Below, one piece after another: positions 13,301 to 24,659 of a DNA stretch of 64,000 nucleotides. The DNA comes from Octopus sinensis (taxonomy: Eukaryota): contig NC_043008.1 in NCBI RefSeq assembly GCF_006345805.1, positions 71,052,001 through 71,116,000 of the forward strand, in the 5' to 3' direction. The notes beneath the pieces were generated by a model, which saw only the letters and a list, made by a program, of their open reading frames with translations, did not search any database and was not told the origin of the DNA. The stretch's first letter is position 1, and the number at the start of each line of letters is the position of its first letter. The translations under genes and the position numbers were made by a program.

Positions 13301-13753
13301 ATTTTACTTGTTTCGGCATTGCATTGCGGCCATGCTGGGGCACAAACTTCAACGGTTTTAATTGAAGAAATCGACCCCAATACTTGTATATTTTTTTAAA
13401 GCTTGGCCTTATTCTATCGATAACTTCCACCAAAACGCTAAGTTCTGGGATGCAAACAAACCAACACCGGTTGTGAAGCAGCGATGGGGGACGAAAACAG
13501 ATACCAAAACACTAACAGATGCATAGAAAAGCACGCATACAGACGCACGCCCAGAAAGACACGAACACACACACGCACACATAAATATATATATACGACA
13601 CGCTTCTTACAGTTTCTGTTTACCAAATCTACTCAGAAAGCTTTGGTCAGCCTGTGAGTATAGTAGACAGTTACCAAAGATGCCATGCAGCAGGACTGAA
13701 TACGGAATCTTGTGGGTAAGAAGCAAACTTATTACCACACAGTCATGGCTACG
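13301..13753 (-). mobile_element. tRNA-derived SINE, family B (CORE-like), degenerate
   Basis: Aligns by eye with the intact copy at 56739-57145: head GTAGCCATGACTGTGTGGTAA and 3' end CAGCATGGCCGCA. Confidence 0.75.
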
Positions 13754-13774
13754 TCTGTCCATCTGTCTGTCTGC

Positions 13775-13807
<33 letters not shown>

Positions 13808-14550
13808 CCTCTCTCTCTCTCCATACACACACGTACACACGCGTAAGTCCGTATGTATATATACAAATATATGTGTATACGTGTGAGTATGAATGTATAT
13901 GTATAAGTGTGTATTTGTGTTTCTCACCACATGTCAACTGGTGTCCGTCTGTGCAAATCTCTGTATCCCAGTATAATGACCCCTAAAACAGAATAACGAT
14001 GCCAAATAAACACTACAACGTACCGTAGTTTGTCACACCTAATACATTAATCGTACCTCATCAGTAAAAGCCATACCAATTATAACAGATCAATACGTCA
14101 ACCCCGGACTCCGTCAAACCACACCATCACTTAAAGCTAGGCTTAAAAGTATTTCACACTCATTGGTCCTAAAATGACAGCAACCGACAACAGAGGAGCT
14201 TCTAGGTGGTCGTTAAAAGTGTTAGAAATAGCAGCCAAATCTTAAGTAAATCAACCTTCGAAGTTGTAAATATTGTAAGAAACACTGAAAAATATAATCA
14301 CAGATATCCGTAAAAACGAAATGGTCATGCCTGGAATGTCTTTGTCCTTGGTATTAATCAACAAAATTTCATTAGTATAGAACATTATACTAAGATGATA
14401 CGTTTTGAGTGACATCAACTATCACATTCAGAGAAGGGAGATTCAACCAGGCTAAAGGTCATGTCTCTCGTCTACTTTTTGCTGTAGCCATGACCAGAAT
14501 CCACAATCATATAGGCATAGAGTGGTCAGTACAATGAGAATGTCCTTAAT

Positions 14551-14930
14551 CTTTTTCTTATTTCAGTCATGAGACTGCGACCATGCTGGAGCACCATCTT
14601 GAATGTTTAGTCGAATGAATCGACCCCAGTACTTTTTTCTTTTTGAAGCCTAGTACTTATTACATCGGTCTGTTTGCCGAACCACTAGCTTCCGAGGACG
14701 TAAACACACCAACATTGGTTGACAAGTGGCTGTGAGTGACAAAGACACTCACTCACAGACACACACATAAACACATACATACGGCGGGCTTCCTACAGTT
14801 TTCACTCACAAGACTTTGATCGGCTCGAGGATATAATAGAAAGCACTTGACCAAGGTGCCATACAGTGGGGCTGAACCCAAAACCATGTGGCTGGAAGGC
14901 AAACGTCTTACCACAGAGTCACTCCTGCGT
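14551..14930 (-). mobile_element. SINE family B
   Basis: Reverse complement has head GCAGGAGTGACTCTGTGGTAAG, B box GGGTTCAGCCCC, block GCACCTTGGTCAAGTGC and 3' end GGTGCTCCAGCATGGTCGCAGTC. Confidence 0.85.
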
Positions 14931-15056
14931 GGTAGCATTATCACACTAAACTCCGTACGGTTAAAGGTCGCTACATTTAATACGAATATTGTGAAGGTCG
15001 TTACATTCAATACGGTCTCAGGCTAGTTGAGAAACATGACACGGTAGTGGTATATA

Positions 15057-15289
15057 AGGCGGCGAGCTGGCAGAAACGTTAGCACGCCGGGCGAAATGCT
15101 TAGCGGTATTTCGTCTGCGTTACATTGTGAGTTCAAATTCCGCCGAGGTTGATTTTGCATTTCATCCTTTCGGGGTCGATAAATTAAGTACCAGTTACAC
15201 CCTGGGGTCGATGTAATCGACTTAATACCTATGTCTGTCCTTGTTTGTCCCCTCTGTGTTTAGCCCCTTGTGGGTAATAAAGAAATAGG
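15057..15289 (+). mobile_element. SINE family A, monomer with target-site duplication
   Basis: Complete head, body and 3' module I. Flanked by the direct repeat GGTAGTGGTATATAAGG at 15043-15059 and 15288-15304, which partly overlaps the element ends. Confidence 0.92.
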
Positions 15290-16354
15290 TAGTGGTATAT
15301 AAGGAGCAATGGACATCACAACCATACATTGCCGTATAACCGACTCATTCGCGTGATAAATCTTCAGGGATTATGGCTGACAGTAGTCTACACATTAAAA
15401 ACGACGACGACAATAACAGCAACAAAAATGCTACTATTGAAGGGGTTTCCTAAACGTGCATGAGTGCTTGTGTAGCGGTGATTAGGGGTTAAAAATATTA
15501 GGTAAGGAATATCAGATATATGTACGACATGACATGATGCTAAGTGGAAGTAATATTCCCTGAACGTTTCGTAGTAACTTTCTGACAAACAGTTTAATAT
15601 GATATATATATATATATATATCGTCGTGCATCTACGTATATATATGTATGTGTGTGTGTGTGTGTACACACATATAGGTGATTAAAATAAGGGAAGGTGG
15701 GATTCGGTTTCACGTTCGGATCGTTTCAGTAGACTAGCCTTTTATATTCTATACCAGATATATAGACATGTAATAAATATAATACACACTAATCTACCAC
15801 ATTCTATTCGTATTATACCATCTCATCACATCAACACACTGTATTAACACACTTCACCACACACACACTAAACGACACACCATACCCAAAGCACTAAAGT
15901 AATGCTAACCAAGTACCAAGTTCTTACATGTGTTGGCGAGATGCTAGCCTTGCATAATAACTATTCACTCAAATTTCACATGCAAACATGCATACACACA
16001 CAAGCTCGCACACATACATACACGCATACATATGAGTGTGTTTTTGTGTGCATGTACGTTCTTGAGAAATAATTGTATACCTTATTATGGCTGTTACCTT
16101 ACATCTACAGAGTTATGACACTGTCACGTTACAATATAATATGATAAGTATACGCCAACAAAGTACATCAATAAATCAACACGTGACACCAACGCAACAC
16201 ACCAATATACTTCGGCCTTTATTTCACTACACTAACCGAAATTAAAAAGAATCACTCATGATCAGCAGTACATCACATCACCAAATTCAAAACTGCAGGA
16301 ACCACATCACCCCATAATGTCACCCCACGCCAAATACGCCATTTAAATACATAT

Positions 16355-16570
16355 TGGTTTCAAATTTTTGCACAAGGACAGCAAGTTTGTGGGAGGGAGC
16401 AAATCTATTAAATCAACCCAAGTGCTTAACTGGTACTTATTTTATCGAACCCGAGAGGATAAATGACAAAGTCTACCTCAGAGGAATTTAAACTCAGGAT
16501 GTAAAGACGGACGAAATACCGCTAAGCATATTATCCGGCATGCAAATGATTCTGTCAGCTCACCGCCTTA
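16355..16570 (-). mobile_element. SINE family A
   Basis: Plus strand ends GACGAAATACCGCTAAGCAT...CAGCTCACCGCCTTA, the reverse complement of the family A head. Confidence 0.85.
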
Positions 16571-17327
16571 CTTTATCATATATTAACATACCAGACTAAA
16601 ACATGATACCGGTATTCTATACCAGTACACCACGCCAAGAACCTCCACACTATAAAAAACACTTCACCTCAGGTGCCACACGGTGCACTACGTCAAACAC
16701 ACTACCCCAACACACACTGCACCAGCACTAGACAAACGCACTACACTAATAAATGACATTAACACACCGCGTTAAGACTGTGCTAACACACAACACTAAT
16801 GCTACACCAACGCGTTTTACAATTTACTTTCCATTCACATGACACTTGCCGAGTCAGGCCGCCATTTTCCCTCCAATTTCACTGATTATATTTGAATAAA
16901 TAATTAACTGTGTTATCAGATTTGTGTTCATGATTTGCCAAGTTGTTATCGGTGTTTATCACTTGGACAAAGCACCATGTCGTGACGTCACATATATATT
17001 GATGAGCAAATTGAGACAGTTAACACCTCTCACTTGCAAATTTTTTTCTCAGTTTTGGCGTAAATTAAAATTGAAAAAAAAAACTGTTTTGGTGCAAAGC
17101 TTTGAGGGTTGTAATATATGCAGACTTGTTTAATAAGAATGCGCTACGAGTGAATTTAAAGAACTAGTTTTCAGCAAATTTAGAAATCTGATAATTATTT
17201 TACTATAGAACTATGGGAAAACGGTAGCGGAATGGGGAAAAGATTATCGAATATGTATTCGTTCTTGTATCCGAGCTATCGTTATTGGAGCTGAATAACA
17301 GGCAAAGGCTGAACATCAATAACTTCG

Positions 17328-17394
17328 AAGTCAGACGACATGCCGCTAAGCATTTCGCCCGGCGTGCTAACGATTCTACCAGCTCACCACCTTA
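17328..17394 (-). mobile_element. SINE family A head fragment
   Basis: GCCGCTAAGCATTTCGCCCGGCGTGCTAACGATTCTACCAGCTCACCACCTTA, abutting (AAT)n. Confidence 0.85.
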
Positions 17395-17395
17395 G

Positions 17396-17431
<36 letters not shown>

Positions 17432-17598
17432 CACATATAACATACAGAAAATTGCACTACTAGGCACTGCACACATCCTACGCAGAACACTTTCCATACA
17501 ATAACCATCAGAGCATCACAACAAATCACAGCACATACCCAAGGCACACAGAGCTGCGCTCGGTAGTGAAGTGAAAGCACGCTAAAAAAATAAAACTA

Positions 17599-17599
<1 letters not shown>

Positions 17600-17688
<89 letters not shown>

Positions 17689-17740
17689 AAGAAGAAGAAG
17701 AAGAAGAAGAAGAAGAAGAAGAAGAAGAAGAAGAAGAAGA
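17600..17740. repeat. (AAT)n(GAA)n compound microsatellite
   Basis: Direct repeats immediately upstream of the LINE at 17741. Confidence 0.97.
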
Positions 17741-19705
17741 ACCTGAGTATGGCATGGACAAACTACAGGAAAGCGTTTGATTGTGTCCCACATAATTGGT
17801 TACTCAAGGGTTTTGAGATATATCAAGTCTCTACTGTCGTCTCTAGATTCTTACAAGGTTGCATGGCCAAGTGGAATACACATCGCTTTCTAAACAATAG
17901 TAATAGGCTTGGCCAATCTAACATCAACATCAAACGAAGCCTCTTTCAAGGTGACTCTCAAACGAACTGAGTAACACCAACTATAGATTTAAGTACACCG
18001 TCTGTTTTATATGAATGATCTGAAGCTGTTTGCTAGACAGAAATGATGAAGAGCACGGAGGCCTGTTAACAACTGTTAAAGAGTTCAGCAATGACATCCG
18101 GATGGATTTTGGCCATGATAATTGCGCAAAGCAAATTTTGTAAGAGGCAAACTCAAGCAAACAGCTTCCATTAAATTAGATACTGATACTATCACCAAGA
18201 AGCTTGACCTGCAAGAAAGCAATAAATATCTGGGGATGAACGAAGGAGGTGGTATACAACATGCTACTATTTAGTAACAAAAAATAAGGGAGTATTACAG
18301 GAGAGTAAGATTCATACTAAAAACTGAATTCAGCGCGAAAGATCGCATCGAAGCCATTAACACTTTGGCACTTCCAGTAGTCCAATACAGTTTTAACATC
18401 ATCAAATATAATCTTACAGAGCTCCAACGCCTGGACAGGAAGACAAGAAAGCCACTAAAATCTAAGAACAATACACCACTGAAAAGCAGACATTGATCAT
18501 CTGTTCCTTGCTAGAAGTAATGGGGAAAGAGAAATGATACAGGTAGAACAGTGCTCTAAGACCTTCACAACAATAATGATCAAGCATTTATCTAGTACAG
18601 AGGACTGGATGCTACGGCTTGTGTACAAAAACTAATGCAGCTAAAATTCACATTCTGTTGTCAAGGAAGCTTGCAAATTCGCATGTGAACTAGGTATTAA
18701 TATTGAATTAGATGAAGAACCATGAAACCATTGTCACCAAACAATAAAAATAGATCAAATAGACTGCAAAAAAGAACGAGCCGAAACAAATTGAAAAGCA
18801 GTGGAGTCAGAAGCCTTTGCATGGATAGTATGTACTTCGAAGCCGAAATGCTGATGTAGACCAAGCAACAACCCAGTCCTGAGAAGCTCGGGACTGAAAG
18901 CAGAGACTGAAGATTTCATTTTGGCGGCACAAAACCAAAGCTTGCTTACCAAAAACTACCAGGCTAACGTTCTTCTAAACCGTTCTGACATTAAATGCAG
19001 ATTCTGCGATACATTTGATGGAACAATAGACCGTCGTATCTCGGGATGTCTTGTGCTGACACCAAACGAATACCAAAATCACCACGATAGGGTTGGACAT
19101 TAGTTACATTGGAAAATATGTAAACACTACAAATTCAGTACTTAAACTTGTAGGTATTAACATCATCATGAGCCAGACTTTGGAAGTAAAAATGTCACTA
19201 CCCACTGGGATTTTCCAATCAACAACTGCATAACGATCCAGGCTAATCGACCAGAATTAGTCATTAAAGACAGGCAAGAACATACTTGCAGATTAGTAAA
19301 TGTAAGTATTCCCAATGATAAAAATATAACTGTAAAGGAATTTGACAAATGAAGTAAATATAAAAACCTAGAAATTGAAATACAAAAGATGTAACGTCTC
19401 AAAACGAGAACTTTTCCTGTTGTTGTGGGTGCCTGGGGTACGATAAGAAAGAGATGTCAAAAACATGTAGATCCTATCCTAGGAGAACCATGTATCAGGG
19501 AAATCTAAAAGATTGTGCTGACAAGTACTGCCCATATCCTTAGAAAAACCTTAACAATTTAAGAAGATATTTTGCGGTTGTCACTGCCACTTCTCCTCCC
19601 CAATATTTCAGTTATAGTGTAACAACTATTATCCTTCACTCAACCAAGGACGCTGGATGTGTCTTGGCAAGCGATTGTAACAAACATGCAGATTAAATGT
19701 ATATG
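17741..19705 (+). mobile_element. R4/Dong-like RLE LINE, 5'-truncated and decayed (RT, zinc knuckle, RLE, 3' UTR)
   Basis: Collinear motifs across several frames: AWTNYRKAFDCVPH, FQGDS, FYMNDLKLFA, YKYLG-like, EYYRRVR, INTLALPV, AAQNQSLLTKNY, KCRFC...GC, HDRVG, ANRPELVIKD, KYKNLEIEI, VVGAWG and HILRK, with stop at 19560-19562. Flanked by (AAT)n on both sides. Confidence 0.9.
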
Positions 19706-19756
<51 letters not shown>

Positions 19757-19789
19757 TAATAACAATAACAACAACAACAACAACAACAA

Positions 19790-19832
<43 letters not shown>
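19705..19832. repeat. (AAT)n/(AAC)n microsatellite
   Basis: Direct repeats between the LINE 3' end and a SINE. Confidence 0.97.
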
Positions 19833-20050
19833 CCTTTCGACTATAAGCACAAGAGGCCTAAAATTCAAGAGGGAGGGGATGAGTCGATTTCATCGAACCC
19901 AGTATTCAAGTGGTACTTATTTTATTGACACTGAAGGGATAAAAGGAAAAGTCAACCTCAGCGGAATTTGAACTCAGAACATAAAGAGGGACTAAATACC
20001 GCTATGCATTTCGCCCGGCATGCTAACGATTCTGCCAATTTGGCGCCTTA
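19833..20050 (-). mobile_element. SINE family A (3' module II)
   Basis: Full reverse-complement head to tail, tail-to-tail with the LINE across (AAT)n. Confidence 0.88.
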
Positions 20051-20365
20051 ATAATGATGATGATGATGATGACGACAATAACAACAACAGTTATAAGCCA
20101 AAGTACATAATGGCTCCCAAACTGGCAAAATTACAATTATCCGAGAGCAGCGTTAATCTGCCTGAGAGGGTTGGCAATCAATAATGGCAGAACCTATAAC
20201 TTCAGACCTAATACTTCACCATATTGTAAGGAAGGGTTATTGTTTGTTATAGCCATCAAATTCAATGATGGCGGAAATTGAACTCATACAAAATTCTGCA
20301 AAGGACTTTTCTGACGCTCAACCGATTCAACAATTGATATGTTATACTGTAATTGATAATCCTTA

Positions 20366-20399
20366 ATGTAGTAGTAGTAGTAGTAGTAGCAGCAGCAGC

Positions 20400-20443
<44 letters not shown>

Positions 20444-20495
20444 CAGCAGTAGTAGTAGTAGTAGCAGTAGTAGTAGTAGTAACAGCAACAACACC

Positions 20496-20548
<53 letters not shown>
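20366..20548. repeat. (GTA)n/(GCA)n/(AAT)n compound microsatellite
   Basis: Direct trinucleotide runs. Confidence 0.95.
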
Positions 20549-20650
20549 TGGCTTCAAATTTTGGTATAAGGCTAGCAATTTTAGCGGAGGAGTAAGACGA
20601 TTATATCGGCTCGGAAAGGATGAAAAGTAAGGTTGGCCGGCGTAATTTGA
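20549..20650 (-). mobile_element. SINE family A, degenerate 3' fragment
   Basis: TTCAAATTTTGGTATAAGGC...CGGAAAGGATGAAAAG resembles the reverse complement of the family A body and tail. Confidence 0.55.
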
Positions 20651-20689
20651 TAATGATAATATTGATAATAATACTAATAATATTTTCCC

Positions 20690-21350
20690 TAGGGAAAGAT
20701 AGAATTAAAGTGGGAAGCAAAATTTCTTCCTATTGCATTTGCGGATCAGGTCCTTGCAACCAGCTCCACAAAGAAGTCTAACTACAAAGCTCTTGAAATC
20801 GCCGATTGTTTCTGAAAGCTTTGAGAATGTTAGACATATTGACGCTGCATGTGGGAGGTTTGTACAACATGATACAAAGTCTGCCAATACAAAGTAAGTC
20901 AATACGTTCACAGGAGCCTTTGTAAGCGCAATGCATAAACACATGAAAAATACTGATGACAGAGGTCAGACCAAATCATGGACAACGACACTGCCCTAAT
21001 TCTGTGAGGCTGTAACTTATAAACTGAGATGGAAATCAAATGTTTATGGTCTAAGACCTCCATAAGACTTACACTATTAGTACATTGGTGCTAGGTTACT
21101 ATAATGTCAAAACTAAAGAAGTCCAAGGGATTACAAACTACGCAGAGCTGTAGCTGGATCTAGGAAGAATGCGGAATACCGTTTCTAAAGTTATTAGTGC
21201 TGTGGTTGGAGCACTCAGATCCCTTTCTTGACCAGCTTAAAAAACAAGTAGGATATCGGCATTATACTAAAAAAATCCAAAGATGAAAAAAAAAGAAAAA
21301 GAAAACTGCCTTATTAGGAAATTTTCAATGTCTGGGGTCTCAGACGAATT
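20690..21350 (+). mobile_element. Highly decayed R4/Dong-like LINE 3' region
   Basis: Residual motifs in element order: ADQVLAT (about 20740), VRHIDAACG, KEVQ.ITNYAEL, VVGALRS (about 21205) and KTALLG (about 21303). Confidence 0.6.
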
Positions 21351-21414
21351 AGAGAGACCTTAAAAAATGGAGACATTTGTTAGAAAATGTGAGGAAAGAA
21401 AAACCAGTAATACT

Positions 21415-21840
21415 TATCATTTCAAATTATGGTACTATGCCACCAAAAGCAGGACCAAATCGTAGGTGTATTACATAGGCCACAGTTCTTGATTGTTACT
21501 ACAATTTATTGTCCCGAAAAGATGTAATACAAAATTACCCTCAGCGGAATTTGAACTGAATGAAAATAGTAGGAATAAATAGCGCCAAGTAGTTCTTCCG
21601 ATACTCAAATGACTCTGCTAGGTCAGCGTCTTCAGAATAACTTAGGAATAACGCTTTCAAGATATGGCAAAAGTTATACGAGTTTAAGGTGAATGTATAG
21701 TCAGTTACATCGATTCCACTCCTTGATGGCTAATTTATCATATTTACTCCGTTAGATTGAAAAGCAAAGTCTGCCTTAAGTGGGATGGAACGTAAAACAT
21801 ACAGGAACACAGAACGTCAAGTATGTTGTCCGATGCTCTA
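21415..21840 (-). mobile_element. One or two degenerate SINE family A copies
   Basis: CCCTCAGCGGAATTTGAACT (B-box reverse complement) and degenerate head matches. Confidence 0.5.
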
Positions 21841-22295
21841 ATACATATCTACTTTCATTATAGGACCATAATTTTTAAATTCTGTGCAGGCATTAATGAA
21901 ATTATTATTATTAGAACAAATCAAAAGGCTGTTATAAAGACCAAATAGAAGAATAAAAAAAAAACCACCAGTGAACGAAAACGCGATAAAAACTACAGGG
22001 GTTTGTCGCTGTAAGACAATGTATGTAATATGTACAACCAATTGTAAAACCTAATAACCATTTAACTGAACCCCACGGACTGCAGGATACTTTTTTTTAT
22101 ATAATGCCAAGATTAAGACAACGCTTCACAGTCCGATAATTGTTTAGCTGGACGAAACTTCGAAGTCACTTCAATACTATCCTTGTTAAAGAATAATAAA
22201 TTTACACGCTATAAAATTATGGAGTTATTATTCAGTTCCATGCAGAATTGTTTTCTTTGTAATTATGTGTTGTGTGTGTGTGTGAATAAGTGCAG

Positions 22296-22333
<38 letters not shown>

Positions 22334-22334
22334 G

Positions 22335-22367
<33 letters not shown>

Positions 22368-22386
22368 TTCTCTTTATATAATGCAT

Positions 22387-22424
<38 letters not shown>

Positions 22425-22576
22425 TATATATATATATATTTGTACACATGTATTAATTAATAGATATAAATAGGCAGTTATATACATACACTCACAGCCA
22501 TATATAAATACAAACATAAATACATTACGTAGTATGTAAACATATGTACCTACATGTACAAGCTTACATACAGGCT

Positions 22577-22666
<90 letters not shown>

Positions 22667-23051
22667 GCATACACAAACACACGTATAGGTATGTATATGT
22701 GTGTGTGTGCAAAGCATAAATTATGTTGTAAAATATTAATGTCCAGTAATCGAGTGAACAACTTCAGGCAGCAATGTTTAGATAATTGTATTTTGGCTTT
22801 TACCTCTCCCTAACCAACCCAACACCCACGCATAGACTTACACTATACCTTACACTCATGTGACAAACCTGTTCTGTTTAGACTTAACCAATTCCTCTCA
22901 TTCTCTTTCTCTCTCTCTCTTTCTCTTTGTTTGTTTCTTTCTCTCTCTCTCTCTTTTCTCTCAACATTTTCTCTGTATTTATGTACTTAAAAAAAATATA
23001 TATATATATATCAACACACACATGCCTAATACATATATAAATATACCTATA

Positions 23052-23092
<41 letters not shown>

Positions 23093-23168
23093 TATATATG
23101 TAGGTCCCGGGTTGAGTCGGGGTTAACCACAGTAAATAAGGTACTCAATACATAGCAGAGTAAATTAA

Positions 23169-23281
23169 TTTATTTTATAGAAGGAGCTTCTACAGGACTA
23201 GAACTGTTTCATTAAAAAAAAAAAAATTTTTTTTTGAATGAAACAGTTCTAGTCCTGTAGAAGCTCCTTCTATAAAATAAA
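23169..23281. repeat. Perfect 45-bp inverted repeat with an A13-T9-G spacer
   Basis: 23169-23213 is the exact reverse complement of 23237-23281. Confidence 0.97.
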
Positions 23282-23298
23282 ATAATATATATAATATC

Positions 23299-23329
<31 letters not shown>

Positions 23330-23489
23330 ATATATATTATATATATATATATACAGACACACTTATATTTACATGCATTTGTTTGATAGAAATCCATATA
23401 CGGGTGTGAGTGTATGTGTGAGTTTGTATATATGTATATATATAATATATATATATATATATATGTAAACGAAACGATAAACGTTGCCC

Positions 23490-23749
23490 TTTTCAAGCCT
23501 GCCAGGTTTCCTGGTTTCTGTGGCGTATGTGTCCCCCCCCCAGCTGGACGGGATGCCAGTCCATCGCAGCGTTACTCAAGAAACAGGAAGTGAGAGTGAG
23601 AGAAAGTTGTGGTGAAAGAAAGAATACAACAGGGGTCGCCACCACCCGTTGCCGGAGCCTCGTGGATCTTTTAGGTGTTGTCTGGTAATCGAAACTGCGA
23701 TCCTAGGACCGCGAGTCCGCTGCCCTAACCACTGGGCCATTGTGCCTCC
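23490..23749 (-). mobile_element. tRNA-derived SINE, family D (V-domain-like block)
   Basis: Head GGAGGCACAATGGCCCAGTGGTTAGGG...GTTTCGATTACC. Central GCTGCGATGGACTGGCATCCCGTCCAG resembles the V-SINE conserved block. Confidence 0.75.
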
Positions 23750-24373
23750 ACATATACATATATATATATACGTACATATATTTATGTGTGTATATGTATA
23801 TATATGTATACTTACACACATACACATGTATAAGTGTTTGTGCTTATTCGTGTACGTTTGTGCAAGCGTGTTGTTGTATGTGTATGCGGATCCATTCATG
23901 TATGGATGCCTTTTCAAATCAGTTTTCTTACAAATCACCTCCCTCCCCACTCCACTTGAATTCTTTGCTTCTATTGTCTCCCCTCCCCCACCTCAAATTC
24001 CTCACTCTCATACTGCTCCTCTACGCGACCATGTTTTTCATTCCTTGTGTCATAACCATCACCCTATTTTATGAGAATTTTATTTCTAATTGTCACACTT
24101 AGTTTCAACTTGATCAAACACGTGTATTCATATACATATAGATCCTTATCACACACTTATGTATATATCTCATTCTATCACTACTCTTTATTTTTCTTCT
24201 TTTCTACCGCGAGTTCAATTTTCCCATTTTTCTATCACACTCTACATTCATCTCCTCTCTTTGTACACCTTTCATTTGTTTTATTTGCCTGTCCGTCCGT
24301 CTGGCTATTTCTGTCTGTCCCTATTCTACTCTCTCCCCCTCCCTCCTCCTTTTCCTCTCCCTCCTCTCTCCCC

Positions 24374-24452
<79 letters not shown>

Positions 24453-24464
24453 TAATAATAATAA

Positions 24465-24659
24465 TGATTAAGTAACCAGAAGATGGATTTGGTATTAGGC
24501 TTTATTTTGTACGACGATCGTTTGGACCCATCCTGCTACTGTTGCTTATGGGTGGAAGTCCTTGGGACACTCGTAAAAGACAGTAACAGGATGGGTCGAA
24601 ACGATCGTCGTATAAAAGCAAAGCTAATACCAAATCCATCTCTTCTGGTTACTTAATCA
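24465..24659. repeat. Foldback element: about 80-bp imperfect inverted arms with a 37-bp spacer
   Basis: 24465-24542 pairs with 24580-24659 with a few substitutions and indels; flanked by (AAT)n on the left and (ATT)n on the right. Confidence 0.92.
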
